Notes: generated by a model from the letters alone, not told the origin. DNA of 64,000 bases from an uncultured virus (IMG/VR IMGVR_UViG_3300027278_000006) (IMGVR_UViG_3300027278_000006:62001-126000); one strand, 5' to 3'. Counted from the stretch's first letter, positions 8,909 to 18,635 are shown. Numbers and translations: made by a program.

Positions 8909-9631
8909 TTATTCCAAATAATACCAATCGGTATATTGTTCTAATCTACATCTGCGACGAATATTGACTGGATTTATGCCGACGACTTTACTTGCTTCAA
9001 CGGCATCTTCGTATATTATACCACAACAAAAAACTTTTTGGGTGGTCCTTTGTTTTCTTTTAGATTTATCCTTCCCCCTTTTTTGGTTTTTTGCCATATT
9101 GACAAATCTTTCATAATTATCCAACATTTTATCAGTTGGATTTTTCCATTTTTCTTTTAATTCTTTAGATTTTATTTTTTTATTTCTTTCACTCAATTCT
9201 TTCCTTCTTTCTAATGCTTTTTGACTATTTTGATCCCAATAATTTTTGGTAATCTCACTTATTTTTTTCTTTGTATTATCTGTTCTTGGAACAGATACCC
9301 ACCCAGAAGTTGCTACAGATTTATTAAAATATTCTTTACTATTTTTAACATCTAATTCCATATGAATTTTTTTCTCCTCCTCAACTAATTGCTTAGGAGA
9401 TATTTCACCATATTCTGATATTATTTCAAAATAAAAATCATCTATATTATTTTTTATTTTTTCTTTCCACCATTTACAAATAGTAAGGTCTCCACTATAC
9501 CAATCTTTTTGTTTGGATGACGGAGATCCGAAATATTTTTTACCATAGTTGTATTTCGATCCAACATAATAATAAGGGGGAGTTTGATTTTTTAGATGAG
9601 GAAGATATGTTATTTTATAAAGAATATTCAT
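8909..9631 (-). CDS. Free-standing GIY-YIG (Seg-like) homing endonuclease
   Basis: ILYKITY...YYYVGSK...YFGS...EE...YFN, basic C-terminus with NUMOD1-like HTH (YEDAVEASKVVGI); AT-rich; own late promoter. Confidence 0.8.
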   Translation of the reverse strand: MNILYKITYLPHLKNQTPPYYYVGSKYNYGKKYFGSPSSKQKDWYSGDLTICKWWKEKIKNNIDDFYFEIISEYGEISPKQLVEEEKKIHMELDVKNSKEYFNKSVATSGWVSVPRTDNTKKKISEITKNYWDQNSQKALERRKELSERNKKIKSKELKEKWKNPTDKMLDNYERFVNMAKNQKRGKDKSKRKQRTTQKVFCCGIIYEDAVEASKVVGINPVNIRRRCRLEQYTDWYYLE

Positions 9632-9680
9632 TCTATTTTTTTATTACCACGATACTATTTATAAAAATAATATCTAAAAA

Positions 9681-10202
9681 TCATCGGTTTCCGTTTCTGT
9701 ACTGGATGGCGTCTTTCATACTGTTGTATTCACTATTGTTCCCAGAAAGCACTCCGTCATCAATTGTCATAACCTCATCATAACCGGTTCTTTCAATAAT
9801 TTTTGTCTTGATTTCCAGTTGCTTCTTTTCTTTCTGAATTCTTCTCAAAAAGGCATAGTGAATAATCTGAGTGAAATAAGCAAAAGGATTCTGAGACCTT
9901 TCTGGATTGAAATTATGAATGTACTGAACACAATTCTCTATTCCATCGGAGCACATATCCTCACGGAACATATAATTTACAAAATTGGGTTTATATGAAA
10001 GGTGAGTGGCAATCTTCAAGAAGCATTCTCCAATATAATCTGGAATTCTAGGTTTTCCTTCCCAAGCACCAGACTTAGGGGGATACTTATCATACTTCTC
10101 AAAATACTTCTGTGCTGCCTTATCTACTTTAGATCTATAAACAATAAGAGATTCTAATAACTCTTTATTGTTTACATAATGTTCTGATTTCTTTTTAGGC
10201 AT
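9681..10202 (-). CDS. gp55: Late-transcription sigma factor
   Basis: HYVNNKE, YIGECFLKIATHLSYKPNFVNY, NPFAYFTQIIHYAFLRRIQKEKKQ. Confidence 0.96.
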   Translation of the reverse strand: MPKKKSEHYVNNKELLESLIVYRSKVDKAAQKYFEKYDKYPPKSGAWEGKPRIPDYIGECFLKIATHLSYKPNFVNYMFREDMCSDGIENCVQYIHNFNPERSQNPFAYFTQIIHYAFLRRIQKEKKQLEIKTKIIERTGYDEVMTIDDGVLSGNNSEYNSMKDAIQYRNGNR

Positions 10203-10232
10203 AGCATCGAACTTTTAGTATAAGTTGTAATT

Positions 10233-10284
10233 ATTATAGCACATACCGCAAGGGCTTGACAAGTATTGAAAAACCGTATAGACT
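10233..10284. promoter_or_regulatory. Overlapping divergent sigma70-type promoters sharing a palindromic -35
   Basis: Minus: TTGTCA-18-TATAAT toward gp55. Plus: TTGACA(10256)-17-TAGACT(10279). Confidence 0.6.
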
Positions 10285-10310
10285 AGGTTTGTCCCCGTTG
10301 AAGATAAGTC

Positions 10311-10718
10311 TTAGCTTTCTTTATTATCTTTATAGAGATTCTCCAAATTCTTTCTTGCTTCCTCTACCGAAGATACATAACCCATAGTTGATGAAGGTTT
10401 GACTTCTCCAGCCGGTTTATATACTTCTATTGAATCATCACTTACATAATGTTCATATAACTGAATTAATTTAACGTCTTGTGTTTCAGTCATCGTAATA
10501 ACTTTATCAAGTTTAATCAAGAACATATCATCACTAGACATTTCTATCCAGGGCTTAATCTTCACATAAGAATCACCGGTAGAGGTTGTTACGGGTTTCA
10601 TAAGTACTGGATTTTGTAGAATAATAATTGGATCGCCATCATTCTCATCTATCATAATAAGTGATAGAATCTCTTCACTTGATACTAATTTTAAAATACA
10701 GTAAAACTCTTCTCCCAT
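10311..10718 (-). CDS. Conserved T4-like phage protein (Sm-like fold) downstream of uvsW
   Basis: ILKLVSSEEIL...LQNP...IKPWI; conserved position between uvsW and gp55. Confidence 0.7.
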   Translation of the reverse strand: MGEEFYCILKLVSSEEILSLIMIDENDGDPIIILQNPVLMKPVTTSTGDSYVKIKPWIEMSSDDMFLIKLDKVITMTETQDVKLIQLYEHYVSDDSIEVYKPAGEVKPSSTMGYVSSVEEARKNLENLYKDNKES

Positions 10719-10719
10719 A

Positions 10720-12183
10720 TTAATCCTTAAGTGGTATATTTACAATATCGTAATTAAAGTTTTCTTCATTATAAATCTTGATTCTTTCAATAAGGTGATT
10801 GAGTGTATAATTTTTTCTTGATTTGTAACTAATATCATCGGCAATATCATATAGAGTTGCCTTTACTTTGTTTTCTCCTTTTCGCAGGACTCTTCCGATG
10901 GATTGGAGATTTCGTATCCTTGATTTACTAGGTGAAGCAAATATAACATTATGAAGATTTCTGATATTGACACCAGTAGAAAAAGTGCCATAGGAAGCAA
11001 CGATGATTGCATTATTCTCTCTTTCGGTAATTTCCCTAACTAATTCTCGTTCTTCAGTAGCAACCCCTCCATGAACAAAGAATACGTGTCTATTGTCAGT
11101 TTTGCTATTATTTATGAGTTCGTAAAGTGGTTGCCCATGCCCTTCTACTCTGGCAAAAAGAACAAGAGTATTACCCTTTAAATCAAGAGCAAGATTTTTA
11201 ATAAAGTTATTTCTCTTTGAGTGATTAATAATATACTGAACCTCATCCTCAAATACTTCAAATCTGTGAGGAGGATGCTTCAGTAGTAGAACTTTAATAT
11301 CTAATTTAGCAAGATGACCTTTCTGCATCAGTTCATCTGTCTTAATAATCTTATATGAAGGTCCAAATAAACCTTCCAAAACCCACTTATGAGTTTGAGA
11401 CCCATCCAGTGTTCCGGTGAATCCAAAACGATATTTTGCATCACAAAGTTTCGTCATTATAGATATTAATGACTTGGATTTAAACTGGTGTGCCTCATCT
11501 CCTACGACTACATTAAATCTGGAAAAATACTGCTTGGGAAGTTTGTAAATAGACTGCCAGGTGGTAATAATAACTTGGGAATCAGTTTCTCTTTCCTTAC
11601 CAGCGTATATCTTGTGGCAGTATGAACCAACATCAAACCCATAACTTGCAAAATCTTTATACATTTGTTCTACAAGGGAAGTCGTTGGAACAACTACGAG
11701 AATATTTTGTTCTTTCTCAACATAATATCTCACAATACCATATATCATCAAAGACTTTCCAGAAGCAGTTGGAGATATCAATAATTTACGATTATATTTT
11801 AAAGCGTCGTATACTCCCTCAATTTGGTAATCGCGTGGAATATGGGAGCAAATAGAATTTAAATAATCCTTTACACCTTCTTTTGAAATATTTTCATTTA
11901 TCTCAAAGGGGAGTCCATAAAACTTATTATTCACAAATTCATAAGTATAATCGTGGTCTTTACAGAACTGAATCACTCTATCTAAGAGTCCAATATAAAT
12001 TTCTCTTGTGTCTACATTAAACAAATATATACGACCATCCCACCATTTATTTTTATATGCAGGAGAAAATTTTGCATTAGGAACTTCAAATTGAAAAGAG
12101 TCCTTTAATTCATAATAAATATGAGGTTCTGCAGTAATATGTAAATATACTTCATTCTTTTTTTCTATGACCAAATTGACCAT
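10720..12183 (-). CDS. uvsW: UvsW SF2 DNA helicase
   Basis: PTASGKS, GDEAH, GFTGT, LQSIGRVLR. Confidence 0.96.
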   Translation of the reverse strand: MVNLVIEKKNEVYLHITAEPHIYYELKDSFQFEVPNAKFSPAYKNKWWDGRIYLFNVDTREIYIGLLDRVIQFCKDHDYTYEFVNNKFYGLPFEINENISKEGVKDYLNSICSHIPRDYQIEGVYDALKYNRKLLISPTASGKSLMIYGIVRYYVEKEQNILVVVPTTSLVEQMYKDFASYGFDVGSYCHKIYAGKERETDSQVIITTWQSIYKLPKQYFSRFNVVVGDEAHQFKSKSLISIMTKLCDAKYRFGFTGTLDGSQTHKWVLEGLFGPSYKIIKTDELMQKGHLAKLDIKVLLLKHPPHRFEVFEDEVQYIINHSKRNNFIKNLALDLKGNTLVLFARVEGHGQPLYELINNSKTDNRHVFFVHGGVATEERELVREITERENNAIIVASYGTFSTGVNIRNLHNVIFASPSKSRIRNLQSIGRVLRKGENKVKATLYDIADDISYKSRKNYTLNHLIERIKIYNEENFNYDIVNIPLKD

Positions 12184-12207
12184 TTACAAAATTTCAGTTA
12201 TAGATAT

Positions 12208-12765
12208 TTATTTCGATAAAAACCGACCCTTATCATCTCTTTTTTTATTTAAAGTTGTATTTTGACCTTTTCTTTCTTTATTAATTCTAATCATATTTTC
12301 TCTCCTTCTTTGTCTCTCTTCTTCACTAACATTTAATTTATATCCCTTTCCCTTCTTCTCATTCATCATTTTTGCTCTATTGGAAAGAATATCTCTTTGT
12401 TCTTCACTCAAAGTTTGTTTTGCTCCTTTTGGGCACCCAGTTATTTTTAACTTTGTCCCCTCCAAATGCTTATAACCTAAACAACCATCTCCACCTTTTG
12501 TTAGGTTATAATCTGGTTTAAAATAATCAATCCAATATTTTTCTCTTTCATTTAAAAGTTTTTTATCATCACCACTCTCTATTTCTTCAACTATAAAAAA
12601 TTTTTCACCATACTTTCTAATTGCCGAATGGAGATATGTATGTCTTTCTTTATTTTGTCTTGATGCTCTTATATGATTCCTTAACCTTACTTCAATTTCA
12701 TTTATTGTAAAACCAATGTAAATTTTATTATTTTTTAAATTGGTTATTTTGTAAATATATGCCAT
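12208..12765 (-). CDS. Free-standing GIY-YIG homing endonuclease
   Basis: YIYKITNLKNNKIYIG..R...H..AIRKYG..ERE.YWI..YNLTKGGDG; TATAAATA at 12788-12795. Confidence 0.88.
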   Translation of the reverse strand: MAYIYKITNLKNNKIYIGFTINEIEVRLRNHIRASRQNKERHTYLHSAIRKYGEKFFIVEEIESGDDKKLLNEREKYWIDYFKPDYNLTKGGDGCLGYKHLEGTKLKITGCPKGAKQTLSEEQRDILSNRAKMMNEKKGKGYKLNVSEEERQRRRENMIRINKERKGQNTTLNKKRDDKGRFLSK

Positions 12766-12843
12766 TTAAAATATCCACTCATACTCCTATTTATACAAAA
12801 TAATACACATAAAAAGGTGGGTAAGTTTTCATTTTATTTTTAT

Positions 12844-13275
12844 TTAGTTATACCCTGCCGTAAACTTGTGCCAGTCTATAGCATTCTTGATGGAGTAATT
12901 TCTATTCGTAATCATCTTAATGACTTCTTCAAGAAACTTAAGCATAACATCATAATATCTAATCTTCAAATCAATCTTAGACAGTCTCTCATCGGCGTCC
13001 ATATACCTCTGTATGGCGTCCTTTTCTCTTACCTTATACGGAAATGGTTCTTCGGCATAGACCTCTGCTGTTGCCTTTCCTGTGTAGTAGTTATAGCGTT
13101 CCAACCTGACTCTATTATGTGTTTCTCTTGCTTTTTCACGAAGAAGAGTGATGGTATTATATAGAGTATAATATTTGGAATGAAGTTGAGGAATTTTTAG
13201 TGATTCATCGTGTAAGTTATCAGGGTCTATGACAGAATCTCTTTGCCACATTTCCTGGATTTCATCAAGGTTCAT
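12844..13275 (-). CDS. uvsY: UvsY recombination mediator
   Basis: ESLKIPQLHSKY, YYTGKA, RNYSIKNAIDWHKF. Confidence 0.93.
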   Translation of the reverse strand: MNLDEIQEMWQRDSVIDPDNLHDESLKIPQLHSKYYTLYNTITLLREKARETHNRVRLERYNYYTGKATAEVYAEEPFPYKVREKDAIQRYMDADERLSKIDLKIRYYDVMLKFLEEVIKMITNRNYSIKNAIDWHKFTAGYN

Positions 13276-13826
13276 AGGGGTTGATTATTATTATCAAGGA
13301 TATTATACACAGTATACTTGAAAGCTACGTCTGCTGTAAAGTACTGAATGTCTGTTTGTGTGGCATCAAACTCAAGAGAACTTAATGATACTGGAAATAA
13401 ATCCTTGAATTTTACCACGGCAGTTGTGTTATAGCTACTATTCAGAATATAAAGACTTCCATCACTAAATGCTCTTTTGGGGTCTTGTGCTTGTGTTGTA
13501 TCATTTACTATAGTTATTAAATCTTTATATTGCTGTGCTGTTTCTGGAAATCCAAGACCTGTCAACCAATTATGAACTGCCATATAGTTCTCCATGTTCT
13601 CATCAACCAAAAATCTTAGAGATAAATCACCATACGTAATTTTATCACCAGGAACATCAATATCTTTTAGGTATGATGGTTGGATGTTGAGAGATAATGT
13701 AATTTCTGGTATTCTTGCCGTATTGCAGAAAAAGGCAACTTTAGGTTCTTTTGCTAATGAAAACTTAAACCCAACTGGTGATAGAAAGTTTCTATTATCA
13801 ATTTGGTTGGGGAAGGAGCAAGGCAT
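13272..13826 (-). CDS. gp3: Tail completion / tube terminator protein
   Basis: NFLSPVGFKF, IPEITL, PGDKITYGDL, DENMENY, FKDLFPVSLS. Confidence 0.9.
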   Translation of the reverse strand: MPCSFPNQIDNRNFLSPVGFKFSLAKEPKVAFFCNTARIPEITLSLNIQPSYLKDIDVPGDKITYGDLSLRFLVDENMENYMAVHNWLTGLGFPETAQQYKDLITIVNDTTQAQDPKRAFSDGSLYILNSSYNTTAVVKFKDLFPVSLSSLEFDATQTDIQYFTADVAFKYTVYNILDNNNQPL

Positions 13827-13855
13827 TTTTATTTTTATTTAGAGTGATTTGTATA

Positions 13856-14566
13856 TTAAGTTACTTTAGATACTTTATAACCCTTATGTTGCTTTTGCCT
13901 TCCTCTTGCCACATGCATCATATTTCCTGGGTCTAAACCTCTTTCTAAGGAATATTGGCGTAGATTTGTTATAATGACTTCTTCTCCCTCTGGTGTGATT
14001 ATTTTCCAAGTTTTTTCATTTGCCTCTCTTGCTTTTTGCTTTTGGTAGTCTGTTTGTTCTTTTCCTATATTGGCATTTCTTATTTTTTCAATAGTTTCTG
14101 GTGAAAGTTTTTTACCAAGATGCTTTTGTCTATTTTTTTCTTTAGATTCTTCAGTATGTTTTTTGCCTAGTAGGGGATGAATTCTTCCTTCGGCATATCC
14201 TTTTTTTACAGACTCACTTACTTTATTTCTAACTTCTTCATTTTTCATTGGATTTTTATCTCCAGCAAATCTACTTGGATTTAGTTTGGATGGATTAAAC
14301 CTTGACGACCAACCGACACCTTTATCGTTCCAGTTCATACATAAAGAATTTGATATATTTTGTTCTATTAAAAGAGTTTCTTTTTCTATTAGTTCTTTAT
14401 CATTATTACAATATTCAAGTATTTCTCTCGAAAGATTTGATTTTTCTTTTATTGATTTCACCCATCTTCCACTGCCCAAATATCCATCATTTATATTTTT
14501 AGTTGAGTGCCTTCCGATATAATATTTTCCAGAAATATGTGTGGTCTTGTATATAAAATGTTGCAT
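13856..14566 (-). CDS. Free-standing GIY-YIG (Seg-like) homing endonuclease with NUMOD3 repeats
   Basis: MQHFIYKTT...YYIGRHST...DGYLGSG; GKKHTEESKEK / GKKLSPETIEKIR repeats. Confidence 0.88.
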   Translation of the reverse strand: MQHFIYKTTHISGKYYIGRHSTKNINDGYLGSGRWVKSIKEKSNLSREILEYCNNDKELIEKETLLIEQNISNSLCMNWNDKGVGWSSRFNPSKLNPSRFAGDKNPMKNEEVRNKVSESVKKGYAEGRIHPLLGKKHTEESKEKNRQKHLGKKLSPETIEKIRNANIGKEQTDYQKQKAREANEKTWKIITPEGEEVIITNLRQYSLERGLDPGNMMHVARGRQKQHKGYKVSKVT

Positions 14567-14600
14567 AAAAAAAGAGAGTCGTAAGACTCTCTTATTTATA
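14567..14600 (-). terminator. gp23 terminator hairpin with an overlapping late promoter
   Basis: Minus strand TATAAATA-AGAGAGTC-TTAC-GACTCTCT-TTTTTT-ATG. Confidence 0.75.
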
Positions 14601-14626
14601 CTAGTAATCACATTAGGTTTATAACC

Positions 14627-16009
14627 TTACATGAGATTTGCAACTTTGACTCTCCTGTAATAAGCGTTGAGGTTGTTATTAAGAGCACCCTGACCCACGG
14701 TTGTACCTTCAGCGAATGGATTGGCGACCATGCCGTAGCGGGTCTTAAATCCGATTTTTGGTTGGAAGGTGTTCTCACCAACGGCACGAACCATTTGGAG
14801 AGGAACATAAGGGCAGTAGAATAGACCTGCGTCATAAGGAGAAGAACCCTTATAACCAACAACGTAGAACTGATTAGGAGCAACGTTTGCCGAATATGGG
14901 TCAATATAAACCTTATACTTACCTTGAAGAACGCCAGCAAAGGTATTGCCGGTATCATCAACATTCAGGTTTGCGTTGAGTGCTGGGGTGTAATCAAGAA
15001 CTCCTGCCATCGCAAGTGCCGAAGCAACGTCTGCGGAGCAAAGAATCATATTACCCTTTCCTCTACGAGTTTGCTGGGCGATAGCGTTAGCATCGCGCTC
15101 GATTTGGAAGATAAGACCCTTGAACTTCTCAACCGACCAACGACCGTTGGAGTCAACGTCAAGGTCAAAAGTACCAGCAGTAGCAGTGTTTGCTTGAGCA
15201 CCAGGCTTAGCAATCTTGTATACGGTTCTGATAACTTCGCGGTTGATTTCGGCAAGAATCTCAGTTGAGAGAATGTTTGCCAATTCTGCTTCAGCATTCA
15301 GACCATGAATTGCCTTGAGGTCTTGAGCGAGCTCAAGTGAATACTCAGCTTTCAGAGCACGGGACTTAGCAGTAACAGTGACTTTCTCGATTGAGAATGC
15401 CATTTCGTTGAATGCATTGCCATCACCAAGTGCTTCTGAATCGCCAGTATTCATACCGGTGGAAACGTTGTAGGTTCCTGCGGTTGGAGTATCGTTCAGA
15501 ACGCTTGGGTTGGTTCCTGACTGAGCAGCAGTAGTACCGAAACCGACGTTACCTGATACAAGGTTGTTGGTAGCACTCTGAGCAGAGAATCTTGTGTCTG
15601 CTTCGTCAAAGAATGCTTCAGTTCCAGACTGACTGGTGTAACGTGAACGCATCGCAAAGATGAGTCCAGTAGGTCCGTTCATTGGTTGAACGCCACACAG
15701 GTCATAAGCAATCAGATTAGGCATCGAGCGTCTGATTAACGAAATCAGAACGGGGTCGAAACCAGCTGTAGGTCCAGCATTAAATCCTTGAGCACTGCCA
15801 CCAAATCCACCGGAAGCACCAGCAGCATTGCCAGAGTTGGTTGGAGATTCGTAGAGGAAGTCACGCTCTTCGCGGAGTTCTCTCTCTTGGTTTTCTAGCA
15901 GGATAGCGGTTACAGATCTGCGATGTGCATCTTTGATCTGATCCATTCCGGAATAATCCAGAATTGGTGCCCACTTCTCCTGCAAATATTCTGCGTTGAA
16001 CATTTGCAT
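14627..16009 (-). CDS. gp23: Major capsid protein
   Basis: EKWAPILD, FDPVLISLIRR, GVQPMNGPTGLIFAMR, SRALKAEYSLELAQDLKAIHGL, FQPKIGFKTRYG. Confidence 0.98.
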   Translation of the reverse strand: MQMFNAEYLQEKWAPILDYSGMDQIKDAHRRSVTAILLENQERELREERDFLYESPTNSGNAAGASGGFGGSAQGFNAGPTAGFDPVLISLIRRSMPNLIAYDLCGVQPMNGPTGLIFAMRSRYTSQSGTEAFFDEADTRFSAQSATNNLVSGNVGFGTTAAQSGTNPSVLNDTPTAGTYNVSTGMNTGDSEALGDGNAFNEMAFSIEKVTVTAKSRALKAEYSLELAQDLKAIHGLNAEAELANILSTEILAEINREVIRTVYKIAKPGAQANTATAGTFDLDVDSNGRWSVEKFKGLIFQIERDANAIAQQTRRGKGNMILCSADVASALAMAGVLDYTPALNANLNVDDTGNTFAGVLQGKYKVYIDPYSANVAPNQFYVVGYKGSSPYDAGLFYCPYVPLQMVRAVGENTFQPKIGFKTRYGMVANPFAEGTTVGQGALNNNLNAYYRRVKVANLM

Positions 16010-16059
16010 TTGTTTTACCTTGTTAAAAGTTTTTGTTTGATTGTTTATTATTTAAAAAA

Positions 16060-17220
16060 TCACAGTTTGGCGACTCTTCCCAGAGTCTGAAGGTATGTTG
16101 CCATTCTTCCATCAACTTGTGGTTGTTGGGACTGGACATCAGTACTTTCGGATAAGGTTTCAGAGTCATCTCTTTGAGCACTAGTATATGTTGGGAAATA
16201 AGATTCCCTCAGAGTTACCAGTTTCTCACGATAGTTTGCTTCACTATCAAACTCAACATTTTCGGCAAGAGAAGCGAGTTTGTCCTTCTGAGAAAGTGCA
16301 AGACCCTCAGCGACATCTGCAAAAATTACATCGGCAACCGACTCTGCTAATCTTCTGTTCAGAGCAACATTTCTTTGAATTTGCTCGTTGAGTTTTCCTT
16401 CCATTTCATCAAGTTTATCTACCATACTCTCGATTACATCATATCTATCTTCAGGGATTGAAACATAATGATCTTCAAAAAGACCTCTCATTCCTTGGAG
16501 GAATGATTCGGTCATTTCAGTTTTGAGACCGTGCTCAACTGCAAGTGCGTTTTCAGAAACCCACTCATCAGCAACATACTCAAGGTATGCATCGACACGA
16601 TCAACAAGACCTTCTTTGATTACTTCAATTTCTTCAATGAGTGCATTTTCATAAGTTTCTTGAAGTTCTTCTTTGATTTCAACAACCTTAGAACGGATTG
16701 CTGCCTCAAAAATTGTTCTTGCCTTTTCTTGGAACTCTTCCGAGAGATCCTCACCAGCAAGGAGAGCATTAACATCTTCTTCGATGTCAAAGTCTTCCTT
16801 CATTTCATCTTCGTCTTCATCTTCTTCTTCTTTAGAAGACTTTTTACCTTTCTTTGGTTTTGGATCTTCTTCTTCGTCTTCGTGAGACTCTTCAGATACT
16901 ACATCTTCTTCTTCATCTTCTTCATCGACAAGATCTTCATCTTCTTCAGTCTCTTCCTTAACACCTTTCATAGGATCTGCTGCAGATGCCTTAGCATTTA
17001 CAACATCTCTAACTTGTGCAAGAGTTGTGGCAGGATCCTTGAGTTTTGAAGAATCGTCATCGGGACGATAATTTTCTGGAGTTGGACCACCCAAATCTTC
17101 CCAAGAACCAGTTTGACCTGGAGTTAAAATAGGAGTTGCACTCTTTGAAGGAGTTTCGGCAGGTGAGGCTCCTTTGGTTACTACGTTTTCCATTTCTTGT
17201 AAATTTCTACCAACGGACAT
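16060..17220 (-). CDS. gp22: Prohead core scaffold protein
   Basis: Very acidic; LSEEFQEKARTIFEAA, YLEYVADEW; located between gp21 and gp23. Confidence 0.93.
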   Translation of the reverse strand: MSVGRNLQEMENVVTKGASPAETPSKSATPILTPGQTGSWEDLGGPTPENYRPDDDSSKLKDPATTLAQVRDVVNAKASAADPMKGVKEETEEDEDLVDEEDEEEDVVSEESHEDEEEDPKPKKGKKSSKEEEDEDEDEMKEDFDIEEDVNALLAGEDLSEEFQEKARTIFEAAIRSKVVEIKEELQETYENALIEEIEVIKEGLVDRVDAYLEYVADEWVSENALAVEHGLKTEMTESFLQGMRGLFEDHYVSIPEDRYDVIESMVDKLDEMEGKLNEQIQRNVALNRRLAESVADVIFADVAEGLALSQKDKLASLAENVEFDSEANYREKLVTLRESYFPTYTSAQRDDSETLSESTDVQSQQPQVDGRMATYLQTLGRVAKL

Positions 17221-17250
17221 TTTTTTAGATCTTGTATTATAATCTATATT

Positions 17251-17258
17251 TATTTATA
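17251..17258 (-). promoter_or_regulatory. T4-type late promoter TATAAATA (representative copy; others at 5743, 9656, 12788, 14593, 18633, 23142, 30221, 33303, 42612, 57054)
   Basis: Exact gp55-dependent -10 consensus shortly upstream of late genes. Confidence 0.85.
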
Positions 17259-17260
17259 AT

Positions 17261-17911
17261 TTATAGATTTCCTAAGAAATCTTGAAACAATTGAACTTTA
17301 TGCTCTTGTAGAGTTTTTTCATCTACAAGAGTATTAATTCTCTTCTTTGTTTGCTCTGCAAGTCTTTCACGAAGGATTCCTCCTTCCCAAATCCATTCCT
17401 TCCCTTCAAATATTCCCTGTACAAAAGCATCGGGAGCAGAAGGATCTGCCACAATATCAGCAGCAGTTGCGAGCATAAAGTCTTTACCAACAATTTTATG
17501 ACCTTCATTAGTCATTTGGAGTGATCCAACACCACGAGAAGAAACTCCAAGACAAACGCCTTCTTTAATAAGAGATTCGGCAATCTTACCCATAGGAGTT
17601 CCAAGAAGTTGTGCCTTACCAATAAAATTGCATCCCTTTTGTTCTAAGGAAACAATCTTATGAGAAACACGGTCAAGATTTACCGTAGGACCATCTGGAT
17701 GTCCGAGTTCTCCAAGAGCACGACCTTTACAAACGAATGCTTCATTATATCTTGCCACTTCTTTCGCAAGAGTTTCCATCGGATACATTCTACCGTTACG
17801 GTTACAAATGTCTCCCTGAAGGAAAACTCCTTGAATAAAGGTTTTAGTTTCTTTACCTACTTTTTCGGTAATAAACTCTACGTGTGAGACTTCTTCTGTG
17901 ATGAGTTTCAT
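17261..17911 (-). CDS. gp21: Prohead protease
   Basis: MKLITE, NRNGRMYP, ALGELGHP, GVSSRGVGS, DIVADPSAPDAFV. Confidence 0.96.
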   Translation of the reverse strand: MKLITEEVSHVEFITEKVGKETKTFIQGVFLQGDICNRNGRMYPMETLAKEVARYNEAFVCKGRALGELGHPDGPTVNLDRVSHKIVSLEQKGCNFIGKAQLLGTPMGKIAESLIKEGVCLGVSSRGVGSLQMTNEGHKIVGKDFMLATAADIVADPSAPDAFVQGIFEGKEWIWEGGILRERLAEQTKKRINTLVDEKTLQEHKVQLFQDFLGNL

Positions 17912-17913
17912 TT

Positions 17914-18441
17914 TTATTCGGTGACTAACTGAACGATTTCTGTGATACTTACATTTTGAGATCCATCTGCCGCAAGAACACTCACTTTCACACTTCTTGC
18001 AATATTTGCATTAGTTGTAGTAATTACTCCAACAATAGAAGAACTATTGTGTGAAATTGTTAAAGAATCATTAAGCACTTGAGTGACTAATTTATGTTCT
18101 GTATTAATTCCTGCCGGTTGGGCATTTTGGATAGTAACATAATCACCAACTAAAAATGGATTTCCTGCATTTTCACTAAAAGAAACAATTGTTGATGTTC
18201 CCGTAGTAATTCCCGCAATCTTTTGTCTTGCAAGTCTTTCTTTCAATACTTCATTACCATATGGACCAATTTGAAAAGAATTTACGGTGGCAACAGGTTC
18301 ACTATCAATTTCAACATAGACCGATGTTAGTCCAGTAGAAACTCTCAAATATCCACTTTTAAGAGCAATAGGATTGCTAGTAGTTGCTGCACCCGCAGTT
18401 GCAGTTATTCTATTTACTTTTTGTACAACCTTAATTGCCAT
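17914..18441 (-). CDS. Hypothetical virion-associated protein
   Basis: Beta-rich, Thr/Val-rich ORF between gp20 and gp21. Confidence 0.7.
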   Translation of the reverse strand: MAIKVVQKVNRITATAGAATTSNPIALKSGYLRVSTGLTSVYVEIDSEPVATVNSFQIGPYGNEVLKERLARQKIAGITTGTSTIVSFSENAGNPFLVGDYVTIQNAQPAGINTEHKLVTQVLNDSLTISHNSSSIVGVITTTNANIARSVKVSVLAADGSQNVSITEIVQLVTE

Positions 18442-18608
18442 TACTCTTGGTCCTCCGTATTGTCTTCATCACCAAACATCGATGCCGCAATATAAGGTCG
18501 GGCAGAATCAACTCTGTCCGATGCTTTTGCGTATAATATTTCTTTAATTCTATCGGATACATCGGATGCCGAAGCATCTGTTGCAATCAAATCGATAAGT
18601 TCTTCCAT
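18441..18608 (-). CDS. Small acidic prohead core protein (gp67-like position)
   Basis: Manual translation MEELIDLIATDASASDVSDRIKEILYAKASDRVDSARPYIAASMFGDEDNTEDQE; TATAAATA at 18633-18640; TAATG coupling to the next gene. Confidence 0.7.
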   Translation of the reverse strand: MEELIDLIATDASASDVSDRIKEILYAKASDRVDSARPYIAASMFGDEDNTEDQE

Positions 18609-18635
18609 AAAAACAATTTATTATTATAAGATTAT

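Noticed and set aside
8909..14566. GIY-YIG ORFs as group I intron-encoded
   Set aside because: The flanking genes are intact and uninterrupted, and the intergenic spaces are too short for an intron core
14608..14964. Alternative-frame ORF overlapping the gp23 3' end (possible frameshift extension)
   Set aside because: No slippery site or recognisable product; most likely a by-product of gp23 codon bias
16790..16960. GAA/GAT-rich low-complexity tract as a DNA repeat element
   Set aside because: It simply encodes the acidic linker of scaffold protein gp22
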